Virus record (IMG/VR): IMGVR_UViG_3300020152_000004
Location: 1-56,832 of that record
Length of the DNA: 56,832 nucleotides
Reading direction: 5' to 3' (one strand)
DNA from: a virus
Lineage: Duplodnaviria > Caudoviricetes
Shown here: positions 1 through 9,880 of the stretch, in pieces
Numbering within the stretch: the stretch's first letter is position 1
How the letters are laid out: the number at the start of each line of letters is the position of its first letter
Notes under the pieces: generated by a model
Told to the model about the DNA's origin: nothing
The model's database searches: none
The model's input: the letters and a program-made list of their open reading frames with translations, nothing else
Position numbers and translations under genes: made by a program

Positions 1-127
1 CGCGCTGCAGCTGGCAACGGAAGGACTCTCGGCCGCTGAAGTCCGAGCGCTGGTGACGAAGCGAGCGGTCAACCGAGAACTCGCTGAAAGTCAGGAGCGA
101 GAGAAGGACCGCCTCAAAGACCTGGCC
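1..127. repeat. 127-bp terminal direct repeat (copy 1), circular assembly overlap
   Basis: cgcgctgcag...aaagacctggcc at 1-127 is identical to 56706-56832 and lies inside the tape-measure reading frame. Confidence 0.97.
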
Positions 128-688
128 GAGGCTCGAGCGAAGGCACTCGCAGAGGAGCTCGATGCGCGGGATCGGTTGATGAAGGCGAAGGAGCAGGAGA
201 TCCAGTCCGTCGCAGACAGCATGGCCGGCGCATCGGGCGATGCTTTTACTGACTGGATCTCGGGCACCGAAACACTCGCGCGGTCGTTCACGCGGATGGT
301 CAACTCAATGATCAGGGATATCGTTCGGCTCGCGGCGCAAAAAGCCTTCGTGGATCCGCTTGCGGCCGCGCTGGGCGATATCCTGAAGACAGGAATCGGT
401 ATGCTCGCGCCGAATGCCGGCGGGGGTGGATTTATCCCCGGAGGCGTGCGTGTCGACGGCGGCGGTGGGCTGGCCCTTATGGGCGCCCCGTCATCAGCGC
501 TATCCGGTGTCCGCGCTTCGAGCGGGACGACCGTTCACGTCCACCAGACAATTCCGATCAGTGTGCAGTCTCTCGACGCGCTTACTGCCTATGACCTCAT
601 CTTGGCAAACCAAGGCGCAGTCGCTGAGGCGATGATCAGCGCCGCACACAGCTCCGCCGCGGTCAGGGCCGCGCTTCGCGATGGCTGA
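2..688 (+). CDS. Tail tape measure protein, C-terminal part (continues from 54574 across the circular junction; about 939 aa in total)
   Basis: Same frame as the ORF running off the right end; Ala-rich helical sequence with a typical TMP C-terminus (SFTRMVNSMIRDIVRLAAQKA...TVHVHQTI). Confidence 0.9.
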   Translation, partial: ALQLATEGLSAAEVRALVTKRAVNRELAESQEREKDRLKDLAEARAKALAEELDARDRLMKAKEQEIQSVADSMAGASGDAFTDWISGTETLARSFTRMVNSMIRDIVRLAAQKAFVDPLAAALGDILKTGIGMLAPNAGGGGFIPGGVRVDGGGGLALMGAPSSALSGVRASSGTTVHVHQTIPISVQSLDALTAYDLILANQGAVAEAMISAAHSSAAVRAALRDG

Positions 689-1298
689 CTTCCCCCGCAC
701 CATCAAGCCGGCGCAGGTGTCGCCCTTCCGCGTGTCGACTGGGCTGGTCTCACCCGGGGTGACAGGCAAGGATCAACTTCGGGCCGTTGTAGCGATGGGC
801 CGCGAGTGGGATGAGATCTATTCCAACCTGAGAGTGGGCACGCCGGACGTCGACGCCCTGATGGCCACGCTTGAGGACGCGTACAACCAGATGACAGCGT
901 TCACGATCCGGCACCTGATGTCGCCAGGGTCCGGCCGGCCACGTCATGGCGTCGGCGGAGGCACGCCGGTGGTGAACGGTGCAGGTCAAACTGGTTCCAC
1001 CCTGATGACCGACGGGTGGACGCCCAGCGTAGCGAACTCCGTCGTGAAGGGCGACGTCTTCAAGATTGCCAACGTATCTCCTCTCTTCCGTGTGATGGAG
1101 ACCGCTGCGAGCGATGCATCCGGCAACCTCGCGCTGAAGCTGTCACCACCCATTCCCGCCGGCATGAGCCCGGGCGACGGTGCAGCGCTGGATCTGGAAA
1201 CGACGCTCAACGCGTACATCACGTCGCTCGTGCTGCCGCCGGCTATACCGGGCCGGCTCGTCGACGGGATCCGCGTGACTTGGAAGGAGCTCATCTGA
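681..1298 (+). CDS. Putative distal tail protein
   Basis: 205 aa, overlaps the TMP stop, first gene after TMP (synteny). Confidence 0.65.
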   Translation: MADFPRTIKPAQVSPFRVSTGLVSPGVTGKDQLRAVVAMGREWDEIYSNLRVGTPDVDALMATLEDAYNQMTAFTIRHLMSPGSGRPRHGVGGGTPVVNGAGQTGSTLMTDGWTPSVANSVVKGDVFKIANVSPLFRVMETAASDASGNLALKLSPPIPAGMSPGDGAALDLETTLNAYITSLVLPPAIPGRLVDGIRVTWKELI

Positions 1299-1299
1299 C

Positions 1300-1947
1300 A
1301 TGAGGGCTCTTTCCGCGGGTATGCAGACCGCTGTCGCTGCGCAGCGCGGCACGATTCTGTATTTCCTGCAGATCAGCTCGTCCGGTGGAGAGACTTACCT
1401 CTCGACCGCTCCCGTTGATATCGATTGGAACAGCCTGACATGGCAGGGGGTGGGAGGTCACCTCGTATTCGGAGCGATCGACGAGACTCCGGACACCGAT
1501 GGCCAGGGCGTCGATCTCGCGCTCTCGGGAGTGGATCAGTCCATCATCGGCCTGCTGCTTACGAACAACGTCCGCGGTCGGCCAATCCGGATCTGGCTCG
1601 CCCACCTGGATGACGGCGACGTGATCGACACTCCCGAGATGATCTTCCGGGGCCATCAGCTCGCGGACTATTCAATTCGCGAACGTAGAGCGCGCGAGGG
1701 TGGCGGCGTCGAAGTGAAGACCCGCGTCGAATCGCGACTCGCCGTGCTTCGCTACGCGACTCCCGTGCACACGAATCCCGTCAGCCACAATGACATGCTG
1801 AAGCGCGCAGGGCTCCCGACCGGAGACACGTTCTTTCAGCATGCCCCGAACCTCGCCGGCCGATCTATTCGCTGGGGTCCCGTGCAGATCGGACCGACGA
1901 GTCCGAGCTTGTTTGACCGCCTCCGCAACTTCCGAAACCGCCGATGA
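1300..1947 (+). CDS. Tail tip/hub protein (lambda gpL / DUF2163-like)
   Basis: Motifs YLST..IDWNSLTWQGVG, LALSGVD, GRPIRIWLA, DTFFQH typical of this position in siphovirus tail modules. Confidence 0.65.
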   Translation: MRALSAGMQTAVAAQRGTILYFLQISSSGGETYLSTAPVDIDWNSLTWQGVGGHLVFGAIDETPDTDGQGVDLALSGVDQSIIGLLLTNNVRGRPIRIWLAHLDDGDVIDTPEMIFRGHQLADYSIRERRAREGGGVEVKTRVESRLAVLRYATPVHTNPVSHNDMLKRAGLPTGDTFFQHAPNLAGRSIRWGPVQIGPTSPSLFDRLRNFRNRR

Positions 1948-2363
1948 AGCGCGTCCGGAACTGGGACATTCGTCTGCACGAATGGGCGGAGTCAGTGCGC
2001 GGTCGACCGTACGAGTGGGGCGCAACGGACTGCGGAACGCTCGTGCGGGAGGCATTCTGCGTCATGTACGGTGAGGACATCGCAGCCGACGTGGAACCCT
2101 ACACGACACAGCGCGGCGCCGCGCGCGTTCACGCGGAGACTGGCGGAGTCGAATTCATCCTCCGACTGCTCGGGGCAACGGACATCGCGCCGGCGTTCGC
2201 CCAGAGCGGGGACATCTGGATCGACGAGGACGGTGACGGCTTCCCCGCAGCTGGCGTCGTCATTGGCCGGGACGTGATCTGGGCGACCCTCGAGGATGGA
2301 GTCGTGCGCGCCCCGAAGCGAATGCGTACGGGCGGTGTCCTGCTGCGGGTGCCTCATGGGTAA
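1944..2363 (+). CDS. NlpC/P60-like tail assembly protein (DUF6950-like)
   Basis: PYEWGATDCG catalytic-Cys motif, AQSGDI; lies between hub and central fibre genes; ATGA overlap. Confidence 0.7.
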   Translation: MKRVRNWDIRLHEWAESVRGRPYEWGATDCGTLVREAFCVMYGEDIAADVEPYTTQRGAARVHAETGGVEFILRLLGATDIAPAFAQSGDIWIDEDGDGFPAAGVVIGRDVIWATLEDGVVRAPKRMRTGGVLLRVPHG

Positions 2364-5300
2364 GCGGAACGCGATCCAGATCGGTCTTGGAGCGATCCTG
2401 ATCGCCGGGACGATCCTGTCAGGTGGCGCGCTTTCCCCTACACTCGCCCTATACGTGAAGGGCGCTGCAGCGTCCCTTATCGTCGGCGGGATTACCGGTG
2501 CACTGGCGGCCACGCATCACAACCGCCTTCAGAGCACGATCTCGCCGATGTCCCCTTTGCCGGTGATCTACGGTGAGGCGCGGACGGCCGTTACATGGGT
2601 AGAGGTTCGGAAGCACCCCTCGGATAAGGACATCATCTACCTGGTCGGCGCGTTTGCGCTCGGACCGGTAGCGGACGTCTCAGCGATCTACTTCGACGAC
2701 AACGTTCTGGCCAACAATCCGGACACCACAGGTGCGCAAGTAAACACGAACATCGTCGGGAAGTTCGACGAGCATGTGAAGTACGCGATTCATTTGGGGA
2801 GTCACGCTCAGGCCGTCAATGCGGAGCTGACGGGACAGTTTCCGACCGCATGGCCATCGACTTCGAAAGGCGCCGGCGTCGGATACATTCTCCTCTGGCT
2901 CAAATACGAGGAGGAGCTATTCCCAGCAGGGTTTCCCAACGTCACGCTGAAAGTGCAGGGTCGAACGTTATACGACCCACGTGACAGCACCACCGCATAT
3001 TCAACGAATCCGGCTCTCTGCATCCGTGACTATCTCGTTAACCCGAACTACGGCTGCGGGCTGGACGCGAGCGAGCTCGATGACGAGTCGATCGAGGACG
3101 CGGCCAACTATTGCGATGAGACGGTGGACACGACTGCGTACAACGGCCCCCGCTTCACGGCGAATGGGATCCTCGACACGTCGCAGAGCAGGTCACAGAA
3201 CCTGGCGGCGCTTCTCACGGCATGCCGCGGAGAGATCGTCTTTCAGAGCGGCAAGCTCCGGCTGATCGTTCGGCAGGTGGAGACACCGTCGGCATTCGAG
3301 CTCACGGAGCACAACATCACGGGTGAATGGGAGCTCGTGCGGAGCGGCTCGAGCGTTCCGAACTCCGTGACGGTGGCATTCGTGGATCCGGCGATGCAGG
3401 ACCAGGTCCGTGAGGTGACGTGGCCGGAGGCTGGCGCCACGAACGGCTTCCTCGAGGCAGACAACGGTATCCCGCAGAACGTGCGTATCGATCTTCCATT
3501 CACGCAGAACGCATACATGGCGAAGCAGATCGCCATGGTGGCGCTGCGGGAGGCTCGGCTGGACCTGACCGTGTCGTGCACGGTTCACGAAGAGGGATTG
3601 AAGCTCCAAGCCGGTGAGGTGGTGAACGTCACTCACTCGACCCCGGGCTTCACCGCAAAGCCGTTCCGCGTGCACGGCATGAGCATTCGGCCAAATGCCA
3701 CAGTGCGGCCGATCCTGCGTGAGTATGACGCCTCCGCGTACGAGCTCGACGAACAGGACACAGAGGACGTTCCGCCCGGCACCGACCTGCCGGATCCGTT
3801 CACGTGCGCTCCGCCGACAGATGTCATACTGACCAGCGATGAGACGACGGCGCTGCCGACGCAGGACGGTCAGTACGTGCCGCGCATCCTGGTGGCGTGG
3901 ACCGCAGCCGACGAGCCGTTCCTCGACTACTATGAAATCCGGTATCGGCCGACCGCCACGCCGCTCGCAGCATGGACGCCGGCGCCCGGAGCGCGGAAGG
4001 ATGCGACGGCGGCGTATATCAACGGGGTTACCAGCGGCGTCGAGTACGATGTCGAGATCCGAGCTGTGAACACGCTGGGTGTGCCGAGCGACTGGGTGGA
4101 TGCGGGATCGGTAACGGTCGGGACAAACAGCCGGGCCCAGCTGCTGAATGTTCGCACAGTAGTGGACACGATATCGGAGCGCGGCGAGGGGTGGGAGTGG
4201 GGCGAGAGCGTGGACGAGATCTGGATCTGGGACATGCTCCTGGACCACGAGATCACCGAGGACGAATGGCCAGATCCCGATGTGCCAGCCGCACCGACCG
4301 AGATCCTGACCAGAGATCCAATCGCCCCTGCGATGCTCGATGCGGCCGACTTCTCGACGTTCACGATGACGCAAACGCCAACACGCGTCGCCGGCGCCGT
4401 CACGAAGGGCGGCGTCCTGCTCGACCAGGTGGCAGATGACTCCCTCGCACAGAATGAGTTCTTCCGGAAGGTTGTGCCGTTCACCACGGACGGTCAGAAA
4501 GTCGTGCAGTTCGTCGTTGCGGAGGCCGACATCCCGAATGGTGGCAATGTCCAACTATTCGATGTCACCGCAGGTGTTAACCGTCTCTCGCTGACCATCG
4601 CCTTCCTTGGCAGCGGTGCGCTACCCACCGTGGCGACGTCAGGCCTTCCGGGCGCTGCTGTGCTCTCGATCGATGACATCGGCGACGGCGCGGTGCGAGT
4701 TACAGCGCTTGGGGCCACCACACTGCTCGCGGCAAATGTGAATGAGTTCCGCGTGCGGCCGGCGCCGGTCGGTGCCATCGGCGATATGTACGTTGGTGCC
4801 ATGAAGGCGTGGGACGCGGCCGTTATGACCGGTCCCGAACAGCGCCAGTACGTCACCGCGGTCCCGGCCGGCCGCGAGATCCGTTACGTCCAGATCGTAG
4901 CGTACAGCGCGAGCGGTCGAGCGGGCGACGTGCTTCGCATCGAGATTCCCGGGATCGGCCGGTACCCGAAGTTCATCGGCCCGCCGCTCTCTGAAATCAT
5001 CGACACCGATCTAGTAATCCTGCTCTCGATTGCGGATGAGGTCTGTCGATCGCAGAAGGTTGAACGGATCGATGGTGGCGGGACATGGGAAAGCGAGCGT
5101 GACGGGCAGTCGGTTCGATTCAAGGTCCCGGTGCCGGAAGACACGGCATGGCTGCTCCGCCGCACCGCGCGCAGCGATGCGATCGCGAACCTCGACGCCG
5201 ACACGTACGAAACGACCGAGGACTTCCAGCTGGTGAACGGCAACCCTGGTACGCCGGTCTGGGATGAGGACGAGTCGGTTGTCCTGGCGCCAGCGCCCGG

Positions 5301-5622
5301 CTCCAGCGTCGCGACATTGAAGCTCAAGGCGAGTTCGGCGCCCGCGCTTTCGATCGCGCGCGCATATGCCAGATATGCCTTCGGCGACAGCCGGTTCGGG
5401 GCGTTTGAGGAGATCACGTCGTCGCTTTCGCCGGCGCTCACTGCCCCACCCACAGCCGTGACATCCTTCACATTCGACACCGGGTACCCGGCAATGGCGA
5501 AGGAAATCCCCCTGCCGCCCGAAGTGCAGATCGAGGTGGATATAGAGATTGAGGATGGCAGTGGGAATGAGTTGGGCCACCTGACTGTGAAGACCAGCTG
5601 GTACAGGAACGTCAACATATGA
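2356..5622 (+). CDS. Central tail fibre / host specificity protein (gpJ-like) with FN3 domain
   Basis: PLPVIYGE, YSTNPALCIRDYL, AANYCDE, FTANG, FN3-like GVEYDVEIRAVNTLG..SDW; start at ATG 2356 overlapping the previous gene. Confidence 0.85.
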   Translation: MGKRNAIQIGLGAILIAGTILSGGALSPTLALYVKGAAASLIVGGITGALAATHHNRLQSTISPMSPLPVIYGEARTAVTWVEVRKHPSDKDIIYLVGAFALGPVADVSAIYFDDNVLANNPDTTGAQVNTNIVGKFDEHVKYAIHLGSHAQAVNAELTGQFPTAWPSTSKGAGVGYILLWLKYEEELFPAGFPNVTLKVQGRTLYDPRDSTTAYSTNPALCIRDYLVNPNYGCGLDASELDDESIEDAANYCDETVDTTAYNGPRFTANGILDTSQSRSQNLAALLTACRGEIVFQSGKLRLIVRQVETPSAFELTEHNITGEWELVRSGSSVPNSVTVAFVDPAMQDQVREVTWPEAGATNGFLEADNGIPQNVRIDLPFTQNAYMAKQIAMVALREARLDLTVSCTVHEEGLKLQAGEVVNVTHSTPGFTAKPFRVHGMSIRPNATVRPILREYDASAYELDEQDTEDVPPGTDLPDPFTCAPPTDVILTSDETTALPTQDGQYVPRILVAWTAADEPFLDYYEIRYRPTATPLAAWTPAPGARKDATAAYINGVTSGVEYDVEIRAVNTLGVPSDWVDAGSVTVGTNSRAQLLNVRTVVDTISERGEGWEWGESVDEIWIWDMLLDHEITEDEWPDPDVPAAPTEILTRDPIAPAMLDAADFSTFTMTQTPTRVAGAVTKGGVLLDQVADDSLAQNEFFRKVVPFTTDGQKVVQFVVAEADIPNGGNVQLFDVTAGVNRLSLTIAFLGSGALPTVATSGLPGAAVLSIDDIGDGAVRVTALGATTLLAANVNEFRVRPAPVGAIGDMYVGAMKAWDAAVMTGPEQRQYVTAVPAGREIRYVQIVAYSASGRAGDVLRIEIPGIGRYPKFIGPPLSEIIDTDLVILLSIADEVCRSQKVERIDGGGTWESERDGQSVRFKVPVPEDTAWLLRRTARSDAIANLDADTYETTEDFQLVNGNPGTPVWDEDESVVLAPAPGSSVATLKLKASSAPALSIARAYARYAFGDSRFGAFEEITSSLSPALTAPPTAVTSFTFDTGYPAMAKEIPLPPEVQIEVDIEIEDGSGNELGHLTVKTSWYRNVNI

Positions 5623-5879
5623 AAATCCGGCGGGGTAGCGTGGTACGTCACACGGGCGAGAAGGAGGGCGGCGGCGAGGCGGCGGTATACACGACCGCTG
5701 AAGGCGCTGCGGACGTCTCCCGACTGGCATGGAGCGTCGTAGACGGCCGGCTGATTCTCGATCCTGCCGGACAGCCCATGGTCCGAAACGCAGCCGGCTT
5801 CACAGTCCTGCAGGAACATGCAACCTATGGCATGCCGGTGCGCACAACCCGTACGGGCGGAAAGATCCTGGTGTACTGA
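5619..5879 (+). CDS. Hypothetical tail-module protein
   Basis: 86 aa, ATGA-coupled to gpJ and abuts the tailspike gene. Confidence 0.6.
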   Translation: MKIRRGSVVRHTGEKEGGGEAAVYTTAEGAADVSRLAWSVVDGRLILDPAGQPMVRNAAGFTVLQEHATYGMPVRTTRTGGKILVY

Positions 5880-8033
5880 ATGTTCACCGAAGAGCTGCCA
5901 TACGTCGTAGTCGATGACGGTGGGTCCGGGCTGCACAATGTGCATCATCCGAGTTACGCCGCAGAGGGCGATGGCGTTGCGAACGACCGGACGGCTATAT
6001 CCAGCGCTGACACCGCTGGCGGCGCTCAGCTGCGCGCAGGACGCTCCTATCGCGTGAACTCGGATCTGGCGCTCGCGAACCCGTTCCGGCCGAGCACCGG
6101 GAAACTGAAGCCCGCGGCCGGCGCTACGGTAACGGTCTCTTCGTTTGATGGGCTGCCAGGGCCCGTACAGTGGATCGACCTCTCGCTCGGCGGCGTCGTG
6201 GCCTTCACGCACGGGGCCGTACCCTACGTCCTGCCGCAGTGGTGGGGTGCGAAGGGTGACGGCGCGACCGACTGCACGGCCGCGACACAGGCCGCACTCG
6301 ATGCGCTGGACGTGCTCGGCGGCGGCACGCTGTTCCTGCCACCCGGGACGTATATGATTTCGGACGAGCTGCTGTATGGCTCGAACGTGACGATCGAGGG
6401 CGTCGGCAGCCGGAGCGTGATCAAGATGGCTTCGGGCCTCACCGTCGGGAACCGCATCATGATGGGCCCGGCTGCGTCGGGCGTCGAAGGCGCGCTGCTC
6501 CGGCGTTTCAAGCTCGACCAGAACGGCACGGCGGCCGGTACATGGTCAGGATCGGACCAGTGCCTCTCCGTCAATCGCACGATCGGCTGCGTCGTGGAGC
6601 AGGTGCACTTCGCGGACATCCTCACCATGGCCATCTGGTGCGACTCACCTTCCACGGCCGTGACGGAAGGGCTCGTCGTGCGCGACTGCCGGATCAAGGG
6701 CGGCGACTGGACGTTCGGCGGGATCAGCCTGTTCGGCTTCATGCGCAACATCCTGATCGACGGCAACTGGATCGAGGACTGTACCGACGACTCAATCGCG
6801 ATTCAGGCGGGATCACAGGACTCGAGCTCGCTGTGCTTCAACGTCGTGATCAATGGGAATCGCGTGCGCAATGGGAACCGCCGGATCGATGTGGGCGGCG
6901 GCCTCGCGACCGCGCCGAACGGCATCGTGGTGTGGGGCCTGGCCAGCGGCGCGATCACCGGCAATATCGTTGAGAACGTCGTTTCCTGCGGGATCCGCTG
7001 GGAGGAGTCTGGGGCGCCCGCCGTTGCGGTCGCGGAGAACAGCGAGCTCGCGATCACGGGCAACGTCGTGCGCTATGCGGGCATCACGGCCGACGATACG
7101 ACGGGCGTGCCTGGACACGGCTTCTACGGCTATCACAGCCGGAATGTCACGGTCAGCGGGAACGTAGCGCTCGGCTGCCGCGAGCGGGGCTACGCGCTGA
7201 CCGAGTGCTGGGAGCACACGGTCGCCGGCAATACGTCGAAGGAGAACGGGTACTGCGGGATCGGCGCCGACGACGGCTATGATCAGGTGATCGCAAGCAA
7301 CGTCGTCCTGAACAACGGCGTTAGCGGGACAGAGCCGTACGGCATCCTGCTGAACGACGGCGGCGCGATGGGCAGGATCATTGTGAACGGCAACCGCAGC
7401 GGCGACACGCGTAGCAGCGGCAAGACGCAGACACACGGCTACTACGTGGTCGGCGCACCGGCGTACCTGACCGTGACAAGCAACGACTTCGCCGGAAATG
7501 CGACCGCGCCGATGGGCGGCGCGTGGTTCAACCTGCAGTACGTGATCGAGCACAACCAGGACGGTGTGATCCGGTATTCGCGATCGAGCCAGATCCTCGC
7601 GGCGGGCAGTGTGGGCACTGCGAGAAGGGCATCGGGCAGCAGCGCGATCCTGAATGGAAATGCGAGCCGCACAATCACGCACGGCCTGTCCTCGACACCG
7701 GAGCGGATCCGCATCACGCCGGTCGGCAATCCTGGCGCGGTCATGTACGCCCAAAACGTCGACAGCGACAGCTTTGACGTGGCCGTCGCGTCCGCCGTCT
7801 CCGGCGACAAGGCATTTCTATGGGAGGCGGAATATACGCAGACCGGAACGGACGCGTGGACCTTCGCGCACGGGCTGGGCGGCACCCCGACCCGGGTGCG
7901 GATGACATGGCGCGATGATCCCGGCTCGCCGTGGTGGGTGGAAACGGACGCGACTAACATCGAGGTGCACACGGAGCAGCCGCTCCTGGGCAACGCGGAG
8001 ATCAGCTGGGAGGCGTGGTACGACTTCAGCTGA
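5880..8033 (+). CDS. Tailspike, pectin-lyase-like parallel beta-helix (putative depolymerase)
   Basis: WGAKGDGATDCTAA.QAALD...GGTLFLPPGTY Pectate_lyase_3-type start; repeated I.GN.V beta-helix rungs; duplicated C-terminal HGL..TP module. Confidence 0.85.
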   Translation: MFTEELPYVVVDDGGSGLHNVHHPSYAAEGDGVANDRTAISSADTAGGAQLRAGRSYRVNSDLALANPFRPSTGKLKPAAGATVTVSSFDGLPGPVQWIDLSLGGVVAFTHGAVPYVLPQWWGAKGDGATDCTAATQAALDALDVLGGGTLFLPPGTYMISDELLYGSNVTIEGVGSRSVIKMASGLTVGNRIMMGPAASGVEGALLRRFKLDQNGTAAGTWSGSDQCLSVNRTIGCVVEQVHFADILTMAIWCDSPSTAVTEGLVVRDCRIKGGDWTFGGISLFGFMRNILIDGNWIEDCTDDSIAIQAGSQDSSSLCFNVVINGNRVRNGNRRIDVGGGLATAPNGIVVWGLASGAITGNIVENVVSCGIRWEESGAPAVAVAENSELAITGNVVRYAGITADDTTGVPGHGFYGYHSRNVTVSGNVALGCRERGYALTECWEHTVAGNTSKENGYCGIGADDGYDQVIASNVVLNNGVSGTEPYGILLNDGGAMGRIIVNGNRSGDTRSSGKTQTHGYYVVGAPAYLTVTSNDFAGNATAPMGGAWFNLQYVIEHNQDGVIRYSRSSQILAAGSVGTARRASGSSAILNGNASRTITHGLSSTPERIRITPVGNPGAVMYAQNVDSDSFDVAVASAVSGDKAFLWEAEYTQTGTDAWTFAHGLGGTPTRVRMTWRDDPGSPWWVETDATNIEVHTEQPLLGNAEISWEAWYDFS

Positions 8034-8054
8034 CGGGCTGCGACATAAAGAGCA

Positions 8055-8083
8055 TTGAGGCACCGCCCGCCCCGCGGTAGATT
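8055..8083 (+). promoter_or_regulatory. sigma70-type promoter for the lysis operon
   Basis: TTGAGG(8055-60)-17 nt-TAGATT(8078-83) in an intergenic gap. Confidence 0.6.
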
Positions 8084-8128
8084 ATTCCAACAGAACGCCG
8101 CGCCCTGGGCATTCGCCGGGCGGCGGCC

Positions 8129-8144
8129 GGCTCTTCCGTGGGTC
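8129..8144 (+). promoter_or_regulatory. Putative antiterminator hairpin, copy 1 (GGCTC-TTCCGT-GGGTC)
   Basis: 5-bp stem including two G-U pairs, UUCCGU loop; 3' arm overlaps the terminator 5' arm. Confidence 0.6.
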
Positions 8145-8180
8145 ACTCGTGCAATGCGCGCGAGTGGCCCTTTTTCGTTT
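8140..8180 (+). terminator. Intrinsic terminator in the lysis-operon leader
   Basis: 13-bp stem gggtcactcgtgc/gcgcgagtggccc followed by tttttcgttt, just upstream of the holin ATG. Confidence 0.8.
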
Positions 8181-8200
8181 ACGCTGCGACCGGACAGGCG

Positions 8201-8827
8201 ATGAGCCCTCAGCGACTCTTGCAGCAGGTACGATCGACGGCAACCGCCGAACCCGCGACCCTCGGCGCCGTCGTGACCATGGCGCTCGCGACCGTCGTCA
8301 ATGGTGTGAATGTATTCCTGTTCCTACTCCTGCTCGTCGCATTCATCGCGGACCAGATCTCTGGGATCCTGAAGGCAATCATCGTCACGCCGAAGGGAGC
8401 GAAGTGGTACGATGGCCAGGTCTTCATGCGGGGTGCCGCGAAGAAGGGTCTGATCGTTGTCGCCGTGCTCGTAGCTGCGTCGATGGACATGGCCCTGACG
8501 TACCTGCCGGCCTTCGGTGACCTCAGCCGGGATCTCTCGCCAGTAACGAAGATCGCCCTCGTCTACTTCCTCATCGGGCAATGGACCAGCGCGCTGCGCA
8601 ATGTCGCTGTGGTGAAGGACGCGCGCGCCGGCGTCGAGTTCATGATCCGTCGAATGGACGCGGCGAAACTCGGCCACGAGCCGCCCCTCCGACGCGACTA
8701 CGACGCCGCGGCGCTGAAAGAGGAGCTGACCCTCCCCACGAACGACGGCCGGGCATTCCGGGACGTCGCCGTTCACATCGATCGAAAGCTCGATCCTTCC
8801 GACCCTGAACCCGAGGTGAGTCCATGA
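8201..8827 (+). CDS. Holin (phage holin family 4-like)
   Basis: Multiple TM helices, D.ISGILKA and GAAKK motifs; first gene of the lysis cassette. Confidence 0.7.
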   Translation: MSPQRLLQQVRSTATAEPATLGAVVTMALATVVNGVNVFLFLLLLVAFIADQISGILKAIIVTPKGAKWYDGQVFMRGAAKKGLIVVAVLVAASMDMALTYLPAFGDLSRDLSPVTKIALVYFLIGQWTSALRNVAVVKDARAGVEFMIRRMDAAKLGHEPPLRRDYDAAALKEELTLPTNDGRAFRDVAVHIDRKLDPSDPEPEVSP

Positions 8828-9069
8828 AGACGGTCCTCTCCAAGTCGGCCGTGAGCAGCAAGACCGTGATCGTCAACGCAGTGGTGATCCTGCTGGCGTG
8901 CGTTACGGCGCTCACGGACGCGAACATCCCGTTCGTCTCCGAACAGCTCCAGAGTGAAACAGCGATCGCGATCCTCGCAGTCGTGAACGTCATCCTTCGC
9001 TTTTTCACGAAGCAGCCCGTAACGGTCACGGGCGGGGAGCCGGTACCTGTGGAGGATAGGCCGCTCTGA
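8824..9069 (+). CDS. Small two-TM holin/antiholin-like protein
   Basis: SKTVIVN...NVILRFFTKQPV pattern; precedes the endolysin. Confidence 0.6.
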   Translation: MKTVLSKSAVSSKTVIVNAVVILLACVTALTDANIPFVSEQLQSETAIAILAVVNVILRFFTKQPVTVTGGEPVPVEDRPL

Positions 9070-9785
9070 TGAGCGCCGGGATGATGCCGGCGGCTGCCGA
9101 ACCGCAGCCGTCGCGCAACCTCGATCTCCTCGCGCCAAAGGTGCGCGCTGCGGTGCAAGCAGCGATCGCGGAGTGCAACGCGCCCGGCGGGCCCGGGGAT
9201 GTCCTGCTCTACGAGGCGATGCGATCGGCCGAGCTGCAGGCGATCTACTACGCGCGCGGCCGCACCGTGAAGCCGCCCTATCAGACCGTCACGAACGCGA
9301 AGAGCAACCTGTACAGCTGGCACGGGTTCGGGCTCGCCGTCGACGTTGTGCACCGGATACTGCTCTGGTCGCCGCCTGCGGCTTGGTGGCATGCCGTCGC
9401 GAAGATCTTCAAGAAGCACGGACTCGACTGGGGCGGCGACTGGCATCAAGTCGATCTGCCGCATTTCCAGTGGGGCACGCTCCGGAAGTCGCCGAGCGAT
9501 CGCGCGCGTCAGCTGCTCGCCGACGGCGGGCTCGCTGCCGTGTGGAAAGAGGTCGGCGCCGACGGTCCGCCTGTACCCGCGGTCCTGTCCCCGCAACGCG
9601 CACGGATCCTCACGCTCGGACTCAAGGGCGACGACGTCGCGGAGCTGCAGCTGAAGCTCGGCGTACCGGTCACGCGCGTGTTCGACGCGGACACGGATGC
9701 GCGCGTGCGAGCCGTGCAGCGCCGCCACGGACTCGCCGTCGACGGCGACGTCGGTCCGAAGACCCGCGCCGTGCTCGGACTTTGA
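9069..9785 (+). CDS. Endolysin, M15 family (L-Ala-D-Glu peptidase-like) with C-terminal PG-binding domain
   Basis: R..ELQ..YYARGR, SWHGFGLAVD and DLPHFQ Zn motifs; C-terminal G.DV.ELQ..L...VQRRHGL.VDG.VGPKT. Confidence 0.9.
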   Translation: MSAGMMPAAAEPQPSRNLDLLAPKVRAAVQAAIAECNAPGGPGDVLLYEAMRSAELQAIYYARGRTVKPPYQTVTNAKSNLYSWHGFGLAVDVVHRILLWSPPAAWWHAVAKIFKKHGLDWGGDWHQVDLPHFQWGTLRKSPSDRARQLLADGGLAAVWKEVGADGPPVPAVLSPQRARILTLGLKGDDVAELQLKLGVPVTRVFDADTDARVRAVQRRHGLAVDGDVGPKTRAVLGL

Positions 9786-9793
9786 GGCTGCTG

Positions 9794-9880
9794 ATGCTCA
9801 TCGTCGAAATGGCCGTGCTATTGGCGATTTTGCTCTTTCTGGCTTGGCAAAGGCTGGCGGAGAAGGGAGCAGCATGGTGA
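9794..9880 (+). CDS. 28-aa single-TM peptide in the lysis cassette
   Basis: MLIVEMAVLLAILLFLAWQRLAEKGAAW fills the gap between the endolysin and spanin-like genes. Confidence 0.45.
   Translation: MLIVEMAVLLAILLFLAWQRLAEKGAAW

Noticed and set aside
1-127. 127-bp terminal repeat as a biological DTR
   Set aside because: It falls mid-gene in the TMP and its length equals a common assembler k-mer; it is best read as circular overlap, not a packaging end.
3193-7754. Long antisense ORFs (e.g. 3193-4554, 4884-6212, 6813-7754) and similar ones genome-wide
   Set aside because: Shadow ORFs of high-GC coding genes, lacking motifs and RBS.
5880-8033. Diversity-generating retroelement or invertible tail-fibre cassette
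   Set aside because: No reverse transcriptase, invertase or near-identical template/variable repeat pair seen; the C-terminal duplication is only at protein level.
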